A stretch of DNA of 64,000 nucleotides from Eledone cirrhosa (lineage: Eukaryota). Location of the stretch: assembly GCA_964016885.1 (NCBI GenBank), contig OZ024745.1, positions 49,166,001 through 49,230,000 of the forward strand. Direction: 5' to 3'. Under the pieces are notes generated by a model. It saw nothing but the letters and a program-made list of their open reading frames with translations, ran no database searches and was not told the DNA's origin. This document shows, piece after piece, positions 27,301 through 40,506 of the stretch. The stretch's first letter is position 1. Each line of letters begins with the position of its first letter. The position numbers and the translations under genes are program-made.

Positions 27301-30300
27301 AGTTTTTTCCCCACCATTTCTATGTAAGCGTATGTAGTGTTTCACATAAAATGCTGACTTATTGCTTAAAATTAAATTTAGAATTGCACAAAATTAGATT
27401 TAGAACTACACAAACATCGTTAAAACAATCAATGCTGTGACAACCTAAAAGTCAAACTTAAATTATATTACGAATAAACAATACACACATCACTTATACG
27501 TTTTTATTTACCTTTATAGGTATATTGTTTCTTGCTGTATCAATGTCACCCTGTTCGGCGGCTGTGTTGTCTTCCTCTTACTAGCTGCAACTTTGCTAAC
27601 GGATCTGACGTTTCCAAACTTCCCTCTGTGTAGATCTCTGCTATTAATTGGAGGTTTATTAATTCCTATCACCTGGCTGGGAACACCAAAAGATTTTTGG
27701 TAAATATATTTTATATAAATAATTACAGAAATAATTCACAGAATTTATATAAAAACAAAAAGTAAGAAACCACTTATTGTATAACGACATGTATGTATGT
27801 ATGTATGTATGTATGTATGTATGTATGTATGTATGTATGTATGTATGTATGTATGTATGTATGTATGTATGTATGTATGTATGTGTGTATGTATGTATGT
27901 ATGTATGTATGTATGTATGTATGTACGTATGTATGTATGTATGTATGTATGTATGTATGACCATTCCTTTTCATGATAAACAGTTATGCCTTGTATACTA
28001 ACTTTTCTTTTGATTTGAATCATCAGGCCTTTAGCTGTTGCTGCTACATTCTCCACTGCATGCTGTGCGGTCTTCATTCTGGTGTTAATTGAACAAGATT
28101 ACGAAAACAATGTTGTTTCTAATGTTGAACACACGACACCAGATTTTAATTCCTTCTTCAGAGGTTTTGGAACATTTGTATACTCTTTTGGAGGTCATTC
28201 TGTTTTTTTAACAATCCAAGCTGATATGAAAGTAAAAAAGCATTTCTCGAAGTCTTTATATCTTGGATACGCTAGTAAGTATTTGATAAAGAATTCAATT
28301 TGTTCCAGTACCTCATTCGTTACCACATTAATTATGATATATATATATTTAGGGACAGTTCTTTCGAAAATCCCAATTACGACCGAATGACTACTCATTG
28401 ATCATCTCATAGAAGATTAATAGAACACAAATTATCAATAGGAATAAATGCATATATTAAAATAATCTAACAGCTGAATTGCAAAATAAACAGGAAGAAA
28501 AATTCGTTTACAATTTATCGTATTCTTTGCTCCCAGTTTATCTACATTGATACACACTATTAAAAGAAGAGTATAAACAAAGGAAAATAATTCAATATAT
28601 CAGTTAAGGTCTTCACACTCATACACGTGCACATAGACTTTGTGTGAGTAAACTCAAGCAACATCCCGTTATTTTAGATTTCAGTTGGTTATTTTTGCAT
28701 GGAAATCGTTCAATGACATGATTTCTATCGTTACCATATTTATAGAAAAGGATGGGTTTCGTTACCTTCGACATTTGCTACCAAAACCTTACCACTACAA
28801 TTGGACTTACAATGCACAATCAATTATTAAAAATCCATTTATCATTAAAAATCTCTTTATCATCTCGTCGCATCCTGCATCATCTTCCAACATAATAATC
28901 AATGACCAACCTTGATCAGATAACCTCATTTTGTGTGTGTTTCGATTAGCAGAATCGTTAGAGTTGGCATTTGTTTCGGCTTTGTGATCAAATCCCACCG
29001 AAAGTAATTTTGATTTTCATCTTTTCGGAGTCAATAAAAAAAAATACGAATCAATGTGTCGTGGATTAATAAAATTGTTAAAGAGAACGGACAACATGCT
29101 TTATGGTACCTGATCCGGCTCTTTGTATTCTGAGTTCAAATCCCGCCCCCTTCTGCTAGGAAATACGACCCGCAGATAGTACTAACAATAGGAATAGATT
29201 CCTTTGGTTTGATCTGATGATCAGCTCTTTCCCCTCCATTTTTCTTTCGAATTTCAGTTAAGTATAATAATTATTTTTCTGTTTATCATCTAAATTTAAT
29301 CGTTGTCATATAATATAACCATTTGATTTATTTCAGTCACTTTTATAATCTATCTACCGGTCACAGTATTCGGCGTCATAGTCTACGGTAATCGCTTAAC
29401 AGTAAACGTGTTGGAGATCATCTCAGACAGTCGTCTGCTTTACGCCACCAAAATAACCATTTTTGTCCATATTACTTTGGCATGTATAATACTTCTGAAT
29501 CCAGTTTTTCAAGAATTTGAATCTTTCCTGCATATACCTAATCGTAAGATCTATTTACAGCGTTGTTTTTCTGTGTGTTGTTGACTTATATAATTAACAT
29601 ATAATAATAAAATTAATCATATCATTATCATTACTAATAGATAATCTATTGTTTTATGGACGTAATACATAATGTTCGGTTTCTACACAAACCTTTAACA
29701 AAGCTATGGTTGCGAATTATATATATATAGAAAACACTGCAGCGAAAAGCGAACAGCATTCCATAGTATATATATAGATATATATATATATAAAATAAAG
29801 TTAAATAAAAAGTCAAATGTTTAAAATTTAGCTTCGTTTATTACTGCTATATATATTTCAGTGACAGCCATCTTTGGCTGTGACCTCTTCAGGCAGTTTG
29901 AATTAGTGTGGTATAGACAAGTACATATGTTGTTGAGGTGTATCATTTTGTCAATACTCTGATATGCCCAGTTCCTGGTTGGGTTGTTATTTCACTGAGG
30001 AACTGGATATATATATATATATATATATATAACTTACGTACCTATATATGTCATTGTTGCAACGAATTATATATATATATACATATAAATAATTCATTAC
30101 AACAGTGACATACAGGTACTTAAGTTTCGCTGGGTTATTCACCCCAATTCATTCTGATTATATCATCCCATAAGATAGTAGAATGACAAAACCCTAAGTG
30201 CTCCATGTTATATCATATAGTACATTTAATATCGCCCGTTGATGTTTTAAATTCAAAATTCTAATAAAGCTGAATTTCTCGTTCATACTTTACTAGTCGA

Positions 30301-33300
30301 TAACATATGTATTAGTCGGATACAGAGATCAATTTAATATTTTCTCTATCCATTGTTGTCCTTATATATTACATAATATTGTTTTATTTGTTTCTATTCT
30401 CAAAGGTTTTCATTGGAAGCGGTGTCTACTTCGATTAGTTATCATTCTCCTCATCATATTTATGGCAGTCAGTGTTCCAAACTTCGGTTCTATTCTTTCA
30501 CTCATCGGCAGCTCTACTATAACACTCTTGAGTTTCCTCTTCCCTTCATTGTTCTACTTAAAACTTGTCACACAAAAAGGACCATGGAAACAAATGTAAG
30601 TAAACTGACATTTATATAGTGAACAACGAATTTAATGGGCATCAAGCCTCACATTTAGAAGAAAGGGTATAATCAATTAAATCGACCCAGTACATTACTC
30701 GTGCTTTATTTCATAGGATGAAAGGTAAAGCTAACCTCGGCGGGATTGGAACACAGAAGGTAAAGGGCCATAACTAAATGCCGCAAAGCATGTTGTCCCA
30801 TGCTCTATCGTTACTGCCAATCTACTATCCTCGTTGTAAATATATAACTGTTTCTACTTTAGGCACAAGGCCAGCAAGGTTGGGGTAGGGAAAAGTCGAT
30901 TAAATTGACCTTAGTACGTTGTACTTGTCTGGCATGTGACTTGATCTGAGACTATGTGTTGTACTTGTCTGGCATGTGACTTGATCTGAGACCGTGTGTT
31001 GTACTTGTCTGGCATGTGACTTGATCTGAGACTGCGTGTTGTACTTGTCTGGCATGTGGCTTGATCTAAGACTATGTGTTGTACTTGTCTGGCATGTGAC
31101 TTGATCTGAGACCGTGTGTTGTACTTGTCTGGCATGTGACTTGATCTGAAACTATGTGATGTACTTGTCTGGCATGTGACTTGATCTGAGACTATGTGTT
31201 GTACTTGTTTGGCATGTGACTTGATCTGAGACCGTGTGCTGGGCTTGTCTGGCATGTGACTTGATCTGACACCATGTGTTCTACTTGTCTAGCATGTGAC
31301 TTGATCTGAGACCGTGTGTTGTACTTGTCTAGCATGTGACTTGATCTGAGACCGTGTGTTGCACTTGTCTGGCATCTGACTTGATCTGAGACCGTGTGCT
31401 GAACTTGTCTGGCATGTGACTTGATATGAGACTATGTGTTGTACTTGTCTGGCATGTGACTTGATCTGAGACTATGTGTTGTACTTGTCTGGCATGTGAC
31501 TTGAGCTGAGACCGTGTGCTGTACTTGTCTGGCATGTGAGACCATGTGTTGTACTTGTCTGGCATGTTACTTGATCTGTGACCGTGTGTTGTACTTGTCT
31601 AGCATGTGACTTGATCTGAGACCATGTGTTGTACTTGTCTAGCATGTGACTTGATCTGAGACCATGTGTTGTACTTGTCTGGCATGTGACTTGAGCTGAG
31701 ACCGTGTGTTGTACTTGTCTGGTATGTGACTTGATCTGAGACTGTGTTGTACTTGTCTGGCATGTGACTTGATCTGAGACCATGTGTTGTACTTGTCTGG
31801 CATGTGACTTGATCTGAGACCATGTGTTGTACTTGTCTGGCATGTGACTTGATCTGAGACCATGTGTTGTACTTGTCTGGCATGTGACTTGATATGAGAA
31901 TCTGTGTTGTACTTGTCTGGCATGTGACTGGATATGAGACTATGTGTTGTACTTGTCTGGCATGTGACTTGATCTGAGACCGTGTGCTGTGCTTGTCTGG
32001 CATGTGACTTAATCTGAGACCGTGTGTTGTACTTGTCTAGCATGTGACTTGATCTGAGACCATGTGTTGTACTTGTCTGGCATGTGACTTAATCTGAGAC
32101 CATGTGTTGTACTTGTCTGGCATGTGACTTGATCTGAGACCGTGTGTTGTACTTGTCTGGCATGTGACTTGATCTGAGACCGTGTGTTGTACTTGTCTGG
32201 CATGTGACTTGATCTGAGACTATGTGTTGTACTTGTCTGGCATGTGACTTGATTTTAGACCGTGTGCTGTACTTATCTGGCATGTGACTTGATATGAGAC
32301 TATGTGTTGTACTTGTCTGGCATGTGACTTGATCTGAGACCGTGTGTTGTACTTGTCTGGCATGTGACTTGATCTGAGACTATGTGTTGTACTTGTCTGG
32401 CATGTGACTTGATCTGAGACCGTGTGCTGTACTTGTCTGGCATGTGACTTGATATGAGACTATGTGTTGTACTTGTCTGGCATGTGACTTGATATGAGAC
32501 CGTGTGTTGTACTTGTCTGGCATGTGACTTGATCTGAGACCGTGTGCTGTACTTGTCTGGCATGTGACTTGATATGAGACTATGTGTTGTACTTGTCTGG
32601 CATGTGACTTGATCTGAGACTATGTGTTGTACTTGTCTGGCATGTGACTTGATCTGAGACCGTGTGTTGTACTTGTCTGGCATGTGACTTGATCTGAGAC
32701 TGCGTGTTGTACTTGTCTGGCATGTGGCTTGATCTAAGACCATGTGTTGTACTTGTCTGGCATGTGACTTGATCTGAGACCGTGTATTGTACTTGTCTGG
32801 CATGTGACTTGATCTGAAACTATGTGATGTACTTGTCTGGCATGTGACTTGATCTGAGACTATGTGTTGTACTTGTTTGGCATGTGACTTGATCTGAGAC
32901 CGTGTGTTGTACTTGTCTGGCATGTGACTTGATCTGAGACCATGTGTTCTACTTGTCTAGCATGTGACTTGATCTGAGACCGTGTGTTGTACTTGTCTGG
33001 CATGTGACTTGATCTGAGACCGTGTGTTGCACTTGTCTGGCATCTGACTTGATCTGAGACCGTGTGTTGCACTTGTCTGGCATCTGACTTGATCTGAGAC
33101 CGTGTGCTGAACTTGTCTGGCATGTGACTTGATATGAGACTATGTGTTCTACTTGTCTGGCATCTGACTTGATCTGAGACCGTGTGTTGCACTTGTCTGG
33201 CATCTGACTTGATCTGAGACCGTGTGTTGTACTTGTCTGGCATCTGACTTGATCTGAGACCGTGTGCTGAACTTGTCTGGCATGTGACTTGATCTGAGAC

Positions 33301-34247
33301 TATGTGTTGTACTTCTCTGGCATGTGACTTGATCTGAGACCGTGTGTTGTACTTGTCTGGCATGTGATTTAATCTGAGACCATGTGTTGTACTTGTCTAG
33401 CATGTGACTTGATCTGAGACCGTGTGTTGTACTTGTATGGCATGTGACTTGATCTGAGACCATGTGTTGTACTTGTCTGGCATGTGACTTGATCTGAGAC
33501 CATGTGTTGTACTTGTCTGGCATGTTACTTGATCTGAGACCGTGTGTTGTACTTGTCTGGCATGTGACTTGATCTGAGACCGTGTGTTGTACTTGTCTGG
33601 CATGTGACTTGATATGAGACTATGTGTTGTACTTGTCTGGCATGTGACTTGATCTGAGACCGTGTGTTGTACTTGTCTGGTATGTGACTTGATCTGAGAC
33701 TATGTGTTGTACTTGTGTGGCATGTGACTTGATCTGAGACCGTGTGCTGGGCTTGTCTGGCATGTGACTTGATCTGAGACCATGTATTGAAATTAAAACA
33801 ATTACTGCATGGAAGAGTTATTTAGCCACTTATAAAACACACAAAAACTGTAAAACTTTACTTTACATATGCCATTTATTTCGTACTGTCAAATTGTTTG
33901 TCGCTCTGTCTACGACCTGCTTGTTGACACAGTTCTACTGCAGAAAATGCAACGGAAATTTTAACACTAATAAATAAATGATACATTTAAATTGAAGAGT
34001 TTTTGTGTGTTTTAAATGACTAAAAATACTCTTCCACGCAGTAATTATTTAAAAGTTTCTTATAAAACAGTGATGTGTTCCACAATATTCTTTGAATAAT
34101 TTTGTTATTTTCAGTGACATCCCACTCCATATATTGGTAATTCATGTGGAAATCATCATAGTTGGGTTATTTGCAGCAGCATCAGCAACATACTCTTCTT
34201 TAGAACAGATGATCAATAATAATTTTGTTAGTCCTTGTTATGTATGA
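19616..34247 (+). CDS. Amino-acid transporter, Aa_trans/SLC32-36-38 superfamily (AVT1/vesicular amino-acid transporter-like), 8 coding exons, 435 aa
   Basis: Manual splice: join(19616-19687,24915-25023,26288-26456,27520-27699,28027-28274,29337-29543,30406-30595,34115-34247) = 1308 nt. All introns are GT..AG, phases 0,1,2,2,1,1,2 are consistent, and there is no internal stop. Motifs include IGEIAGTGLLTLPKAL..GWIG, HPYPTLG..FGKFGR, WLGTPKDFW, FGTFVYSFGGH..F.TIQADM, LNPVFQEFE, W.R...R, VPNFGSILSLIGSSTITLLSFLFPSLFY and a terminal PCYV. Confidence 0.93.
24915..25023 (+). CDS. Transporter coding exon 2 (TM1, GEIAGTGLLTLP)
   Basis: tttttacag|GCC...ACCG|gtaaga; family TM1 motif. Confidence 0.93.
26288..26456 (+). 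CDS. Transporter coding exon 3
   Basis: ttgcag|GATGG...GGCAG|gtaatc; WIGILVIA...HPYPTLGQITFGKFG. Confidence 0.93.
27520..27699 (+). CDS. Transporter coding exon 4
   Basis: tttatag|G...TTTTG|gtaaat; VTLFGGCVVFLLLAA...WLGTPKDF. Confidence 0.93.
28027..28274 (+). CDS. Transporter coding exon 5
   Basis: catcag|G...GCTA|gtaagt; FGTFVYSFGGHSVFLTIQADM. Confidence 0.93.
29337..29543 (+). CDS. Transporter coding exon 6
   Basis: tttcag|TC...AATC|gtaaga; YLPV..FG..VYG...LLNPVFQEFE. Confidence 0.93.
29843..29897 (-). ncRNA. Second copy of the same hammerhead ribozyme (solo pLTR fragment about 29790-30006) in transporter intron 6, antisense
   Basis: Near-identical to 46906-46960; one C>U gives a G-U pair at the base of stem II; flanked by (TA)n. 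Confidence 0.82.
30406..30595 (+). CDS. Transporter coding exon 7
   Basis: ctcaaag|GT...CAAAT|gtaagt; HWKRCLLR...VPNFGSILSLIGSST. Confidence 0.93.
30919..33785. repeat. 40-bp minisatellite (ttgtacttgtctggcatgtgacttgatctgagacYRtgtg), about 70 copies, in transporter intron 7
   Basis: Direct inspection; head-to-tail units with no unique spacers. Confidence 0.98.
34115..34247 (+). CDS. Transporter coding exon 8 (last; ends SPCYV*)
   Basis: ttttcag|T...GTA TGA; AATAAA downstream at about 34484 and 34763. Confidence 0.9.
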
Positions 34248-35542
34248 ATTTATTTGAATTATCCGGTTAATTTTATACGCGTCATTTTTCCACATTTTAA
34301 AGAACATTTGAGAAATTTTAACAGGAAGAATACCATATAATTTTTCTGTAAAAAATATTGTGCTGAAGTTATTCTGCTGAAGGAAATTTTCAAACTTTTA
34401 AACTGTAACATTTCTTAAGTGACATTTCTTTACTTAGTAAACTTATTATATTTACGTCTATGCAATTTTCAGAAAGTTTATATAATAAAAGTGGTTCTAA
34501 AAAATTTATAATCCCATGTTAGAAGTGGATATATGTGGAATATAAATGGATTTGAAATGTATTACACTTTTTTTTCCGGTGTTCCGAAGCAATTTCTAAA
34601 AAGAGGTGATGAATTAATAACTGTGGTTTCCATTTTCAATGATTTCATAAAGTATAGAAGAAAAAAAAAACAAAAAAACTAGAGAAACTGACATTAAAAT
34701 ATATATGGCGGCGCACTGAAATAAAATTCACATAATCGATATTTCAATTGAAAAACATTACCAATAAAAATAAATTAGTAGCGTTTACTGAAAATACTGT
34801 ATCATTGACAGACTTTCTAAGAAAAATGCAGAGGTATGTGAACAGGTATGGATGTGTTTTTAAGACGATAGTTTTGCAACGTTGTAATAACGGATTTAAT
34901 GTGAACTGTGTGGCACTTTGAACAAGTATTTTCTGTCATAGACACAGGTTAACCAATACATTGTGAGTGAAATTTGGTAGATCGAAAATGATCGAAATGC
35001 GTACGTGTGTGTGTGTGTTCTGCTTTAATTATTTTATAAAATAAAGTACCAGTAATGCACTGGGTAATTGCTGGCCTTGTGCCAAAAGTAGAAACAATTA
35101 TTTTATGGATTGGCAGTATCGGTAGAGGGTCGGACGCTACGCTTTCCAGCATAGTTACGCCCCTTTACGGACTGAGTTCAAATCCCGCCGAGGTTAACTT
35201 AGCCTTTCATTCTTACGGGGTCGATAAAATAAAGTACCAGTAATGTACTGTGTAATTGCTGGCCTTGTGCCAAAAGTAGAAACAATTATTTTATATATTT
35301 TATATATTTTATATATTTTATATATAAGGGCGGTGGATTGGCAGTATCGGTAGAGGGTCGGACGCCATGCTTTGTAGCATAGAGTTACGGTCCTTTATGA
35401 TCTAAGTTTAAATTCTGCCGAGGTTAACTTTGCCTTTCATCCTTACGGGGTCTATTTAATCGACTTCCCCCTCCCCCAAAATTGCTCGCCTTGTGCCTAT
35501 ATAAGAAACCATTATTTTATATATTTCCCCCAGGAGAGAGAG

Positions 35543-35578
<36 letters not shown>

Positions 35579-35799
35579 GGTTTCTAACATAGAAACAAGA
35601 CTCTTTCCTTGGAATTTAGACAACATAAACTAGGTAAATATGTATGTATGTCAGTGTATGGATGTTATTGTATGTATGGATCTATATTTTTTGAGTTATA
35701 TGTGTACACGTACATATGCTTCTGTATCTATACATGCGTGTATGCATTTATTACACGCTGAATTTTTGAATTTTTTTTCAGATATTTACACTCCCATTA

Positions 35800-36356
35800 A
35801 TAGACTGTACTTTCAACTTCTCAAATAGCCGTATTCTTACTGGGTCTCTAAAGCTAAGCTTTGTATCAAGATTTGTACTGAAGCAGTTAGTATCATATCC
35901 CAGAGCCCCAATGAACACAGGTACAAATCGAAGGGTGGAATATCTGCAGATTACTGATTAGTTCAGCATAAATGTTCTCATATTCACTGATTTTTAGCAG
36001 TATTTGACATCTTGCAAATGCAAGCGGCCGAAATGGGATTCCTTCGAAGGGTCTTTGGAGTAACTTTACTCGATAGAGTTCGTAGCTCGAAGACCAGAGG
36101 GTCACTCCTCGTAGAGCCACTACTTCTCCAAATTGAGAGATTACAGCTCCGATACTACGATCACGTGGTTTAAATATCCCAGGAAAGAATCGCTGGACAG
36201 ATTTTACGGGCAAAACCAACCGGCAGGAGACCCAGAGGTAGACCTCGAGCAAGATGGTTGGATAAGATCCATGAGCTTCGTTGGTCTCGCTTGGGGATCC
36301 AGCCGGATCAGATGGAGACAATTGTTTCTGACAGAACCCGCTGGAAGGAGTGTTTC

Positions 36357-36362
<6 letters not shown>
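35800..36362 (+). mobile_element. Decayed RTE-clade LINE 3' end
   Basis: From about 36010: MQAAEMGFLRRVFGVTLLDRVRSS...VEPLLLQIER.QLR..HV...GRRPRGRPRARWLD; ends in an (agat)n/(ag)n tail. Confidence 0.85.
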
Positions 36363-36404
<42 letters not shown>

Positions 36405-36999
36405 TCAGAGAGAAAGAGAATTGACCCCAGTACAGAATTGTTACTTTACTTATCCACCTTAAAACATTGAACTCAGAGCGGACTGAGCCGGAACAAATAC
36501 CAAGGCATTTAATCCGACACTCTGACGATTCTTCTATTTTAATGCCATAATTTCAACTCGGTGCAGCGAGCAAAGCGACCCATATTCACTCGCTATGATA
36601 ATTCACGTAGACTCCTTGCAACGAGAGGGTTGCCACGTCGGCATTTGAAACCCTATTTACATCGGCCCCGAATTTGAGAGCAATGGAAATATTGAGCTCT
36701 AAGTAAGTCCCTGATTTACGCCGTAGGTCAAGCTTCAATCCGATTCAAAGGAAATTTTGCATTCGCAGAAATTTTGCGACGACTTGAATTATTGATCAGA
36801 TTGATCAAAAAGGGAATCGAAGATACGTTTCTCTCTGAGTCAAGTTAGCTTGCTCTGGAACTAACAAACCAAGCGCTTCCACAGTAGTAGAGCTTCATTT
36901 ATCTCTCTGTTGGAGTTAGTCCATGCTGGAAAGGAAATAATGCTGCCATTCAAAGAAGAACAAATACAAATAGAAGAAAGTAAGCCAGGGAAAGATTTG

Positions 37000-37362
37000 A
37001 AATGTTATATAGAGGGGGAGAGAGTTTGGTAGTGATGGACAGAGTGAGAGGGAATGAGAAAGAGTGTTGTATGGCAGATATAGTCAGGGGGAAATAGTTT
37101 GGTGGTAATAAATATAGTGAGAGGATTGGGAGAAAGAGTGTCATGTAGTAGATATAGAGGGGGAGAGTTTGGTGTTAATTGATATAGAGAGGGCGATTAG
37201 AAGAGAGCACCGTGTAGTAGATATAGAGAGGGGGGAGAGTTTGGTAATTGATATAGTGAGGGAGGTTGGAATAGTGTGTTGTATATTAGATATAGAGAGG
37301 GGGAGAGTTTGGTGTTAATTGATATAGAGAGGGGTATTGGAAGAGAGTTCCGTGTATTAGAT
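37000..37362. repeat. Degenerate tandem repeat (gatatagagagggggagagtttggtg...)
   Basis: About five diverged copies of the gatatag..ggggg..gagtttggt core. Confidence 0.7.
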
Positions 37363-37735
37363 ATTTGGATATGCGCTCCAATTTATGTACATGTTATGTT
37401 TATCTCATATCGAAGTTTTCTGACCATTTTAGACTGCAAAGAGCTAAACTAATAACTACAACTAAATTGATGAAATTTGCCCCACCTCCTCCCTCCTCTC
37501 CCTCCATTCAGAAATGCTTCAATCGTTCCTGCTACATATCTCCGACCGAGAGAAAGAGGCCATTTCTAAGGTGCTGAAGACGAGGGCGATCAATTTCAAG
37601 ACAAGAACATGATTTTGATTAAAAACTAGTCTTAAATAATTCGGCAGCTGGATGTTTCCTGCCATCATTTTAGCTTATGTAGCCCCACCTTTTTCACATT
37701 TATTTCTACATTATATGTGTACGTGATTAAACGCA

Positions 37736-37922
37736 TGTGGATTGGCAGTATCGATAGAGAGTCAGACATAATGCTTTGAAGCATAGAGTTACGTCCCTTT
37801 ATGATCTGAGTTCAAATCCCGCCGAGGTTAACTTTGCCTTTCATCCTTACGGGGTCGATAAAATAAAGTACCAGTAATGTACTGGGTAATTGCTGGCCTT
37901 GTGCCAAAAGTAGAAACAATTA
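37736..37922 (+). mobile_element. tRNA-derived SINE (representative copy of the dominant family; central domain resembles the Meta-SINE domain)
   Basis: A-box-like tggcagtatcg, B-box gagttcaaatcc, core gcctttcatccttacggggtcgataaaataaagtaccag. Other copies: 11780-11935(-), 17264-17445(-), 21058-21242(-), 21902-22040(-), 22495-22700(+), 22733-22920(+), 26720-26840(-), 30670-30910(-), 35040-35290(+), 35327-35512(+), 38660-38812(+), 41966-42066(-), 44700-44830(-), 49455-49610(-). Confidence 0.85.
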
Positions 37923-39689
37923 TTAATGAGTTTAATATTTCTTTCAACATCATATACAGATTCTTTCTGATTTTACTTCCTACGATTCATAGTACGTCAT
38001 GCGGTGTTCATTTCTAACATCTCATTCATAGTTGTTATTAATCCTTTATAGAAAAATTCACTCATTTAGGATACACTTCTAATTATCTTTTATTTTTGAT
38101 CATCAAATCTCATTTCCGTTTGAGAGACAAAAAAAGAAAAGAAAATTATTTCATGTTTTTTAATTCCATTGCATGAAAGAATTACCCCCCTTGTTTTTAT
38201 GTAAGGGAGGCCATCCAAGTTTTGCTAAATGAGATAGTAAGAATTATCTTGTTTATGAATTTGTTTTGCAGGATAACAGTAAGAATTATTTTAATTATAT
38301 ATTTTCGCGATAAAACAAGAGCAAATGTAGATTTTAGATTGTTGCTGCCAGTTTAGTAATACGAACAAGAAAAATTACATTATTGCCTTTTATAATTCGC
38401 TCAGATATTGATTTTGTGATCACATCTTTTGACCCGCTATACCGGTTTTGAATATTCTTTAGAAAATAAATTATAATTAACATACTTAAGAAGAGTGCCA
38501 AATCCATTTCCGTTTAAGAGAAATTTCCATATATAGTTTCGTCCTTCTACGCTCTGATTTCAAATCTTGCTACAGCCGATTTATCTTTCGTACTTTCTGA
38601 TCGATACTTTCCCTATATATAGTGTTAACGGACTAATGTATAACATTATAAATGTTTCGAAGGCAGCGATTTGACAGAATCTTTAGGGCGACAGATAAAA
38701 ATAATTTCGTATTAGTTTCGGCTCACTACAATCTGAGTTCAAATCCCGCAGGGTCAAATTTACCTTTATTTTTCGATGTCGATAAATAACGTACCAGTTC
38801 AATACTGGGATCGATTCTCTTTCTGGAAGAAATCGACTGTGTTCCAATCTGGTGAAGGATGGGCTCCACCAGGTTTTAAAAATGACTACGACACATCGTA
38901 TGTCATGATGGTGCCCCTACAATTCAATCAAGCGTTAATGGCCCTTTACCTTACCTATTATAGTATCTAGTCGTTTTGAAATGGATGTGCCAATAGCTGA
39001 GCATTCTACAGTGGCTGAGCATTCTACAGTGGCTGAGTATTCTACCCATAGCCTTAACGTGTAGAATACTCAATGTTTGTGAAAAGGCTGGCCTTTTGAA
39101 TTTGAAGGCACGACCATTTTCCCCAGCTGAGTGGATTGAAGCAATATAAAAGAAAATATCTTGCTCAAGTACACAAAGTACTACTGGGAATCGAACTCAC
39201 GACCTTACGATAGTGAGCCAAATATCCTAACACAGAACCACGCGCCTTCCCATTGAATAAGCACATGACAAAACACACGCAAACTTACACACAACCATAT
39301 TATAATTACTATCAGAATCCTGACAAGATGACGGAACTTTTGATAGTGTTTGAAATGTTAGTCATTTGGCTAATATTGTTTGTTCCTAGCAGAGTAATTA
39401 TTTCTAATTAGCTTTTAATGCTTTATTCATTACAAATATTTACATTAACTGTCAACATTTGGAATTTATGATAAAGAAGTGTCACTAAATGGAATACAAT
39501 CATATAATATATAACCATAAAAGGAATATCAATCAACCATCTCATTCTTTTTCCGATTTCAGTCATCAGTTTACGACCATGCTACGGCACCGCCATAAAG
39601 AAGTTTAGTCAATCTTATTGACCCCCGTACTTATTTTATTGACCACTTTTTGTCGGCCCGCTGCCGCTACGTTACGACACACACACACG

Positions 39690-39720
<31 letters not shown>

Positions 39721-40214
39721 AAATGTGTGAGATCCTTGGTACAGTGAGGTATATATATAAAAAAAAAAGAAAAGAATGACTTCACTTGTAGTTCTAAACA
39801 AATTGATTTAATTTTATAATTTTATAATATTATGAGTTGGTAGATCTCTTATATATAGAGTCACACATCACAACACAACCCGATCTCAGTTTGACAATCG
39901 CCACGGACGAATGCGAGAAAGTTCTCCAGGAAAGTTAACCGGGAATCTTAAAACATTTTCCCACCGAAGAACTTACTAGATCTAGCAATTCATAATATTA
40001 TAATATTATAAAATTAAATCAATTTGTTTAGATCTACAAGTGGATTCATTCTTTTCCTTTTTTTCAAATGTATATATAAGCACTAACATGGTGTGATTCG
40101 TAATGGGAGTGTATATAAAGGCATATACCATACGTTTATGCATAATAAACGTATATAATTTTCGTCAATTGGGTTTGAAGCTGTGACATAGTCACAGCTT
40201 AAAACTATTAATCC

Positions 40215-40506
40215 GAACAGTTTTTCCGAACATAAAACGTCTTGGTTCACGAACGGTGTCTCAAGTAATGAACACGCAAACCGGCAACAGCTGTTGGCAA
40301 TAAGCTTGGAGTATCGGTGGGAAAGCATCATTTGCAGTGTAGTTAGTTACTATGGTGATATCTATCTGTCTTTCACATACAGTTTTCCTCTCACTATTTT
40401 TTTCACTCAACATTTCGTATGAGAAACATAGTTCGGCTTACGAACATTTCGGGTTACGAACAACCTTCAAGAACGAATTAGGTTCGTGGACCGAGGTTCC
40501 ACTGTA
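40215..40506. mobile_element. Tigger/pogo-like non-autonomous DNA transposon fragment
   Basis: Terminal ...accgaggttccactg|ta with internal ttacgaac repeats. Confidence 0.6.

Noticed and set aside
30919-33785. CRISPR-like array or coding repeat (MPDKYNT... ORFs)
   Set aside because: Units are head-to-tail with no unique spacers, 40 bp is not a multiple of 3, there are no cas genes, and it lies in a eukaryotic intron
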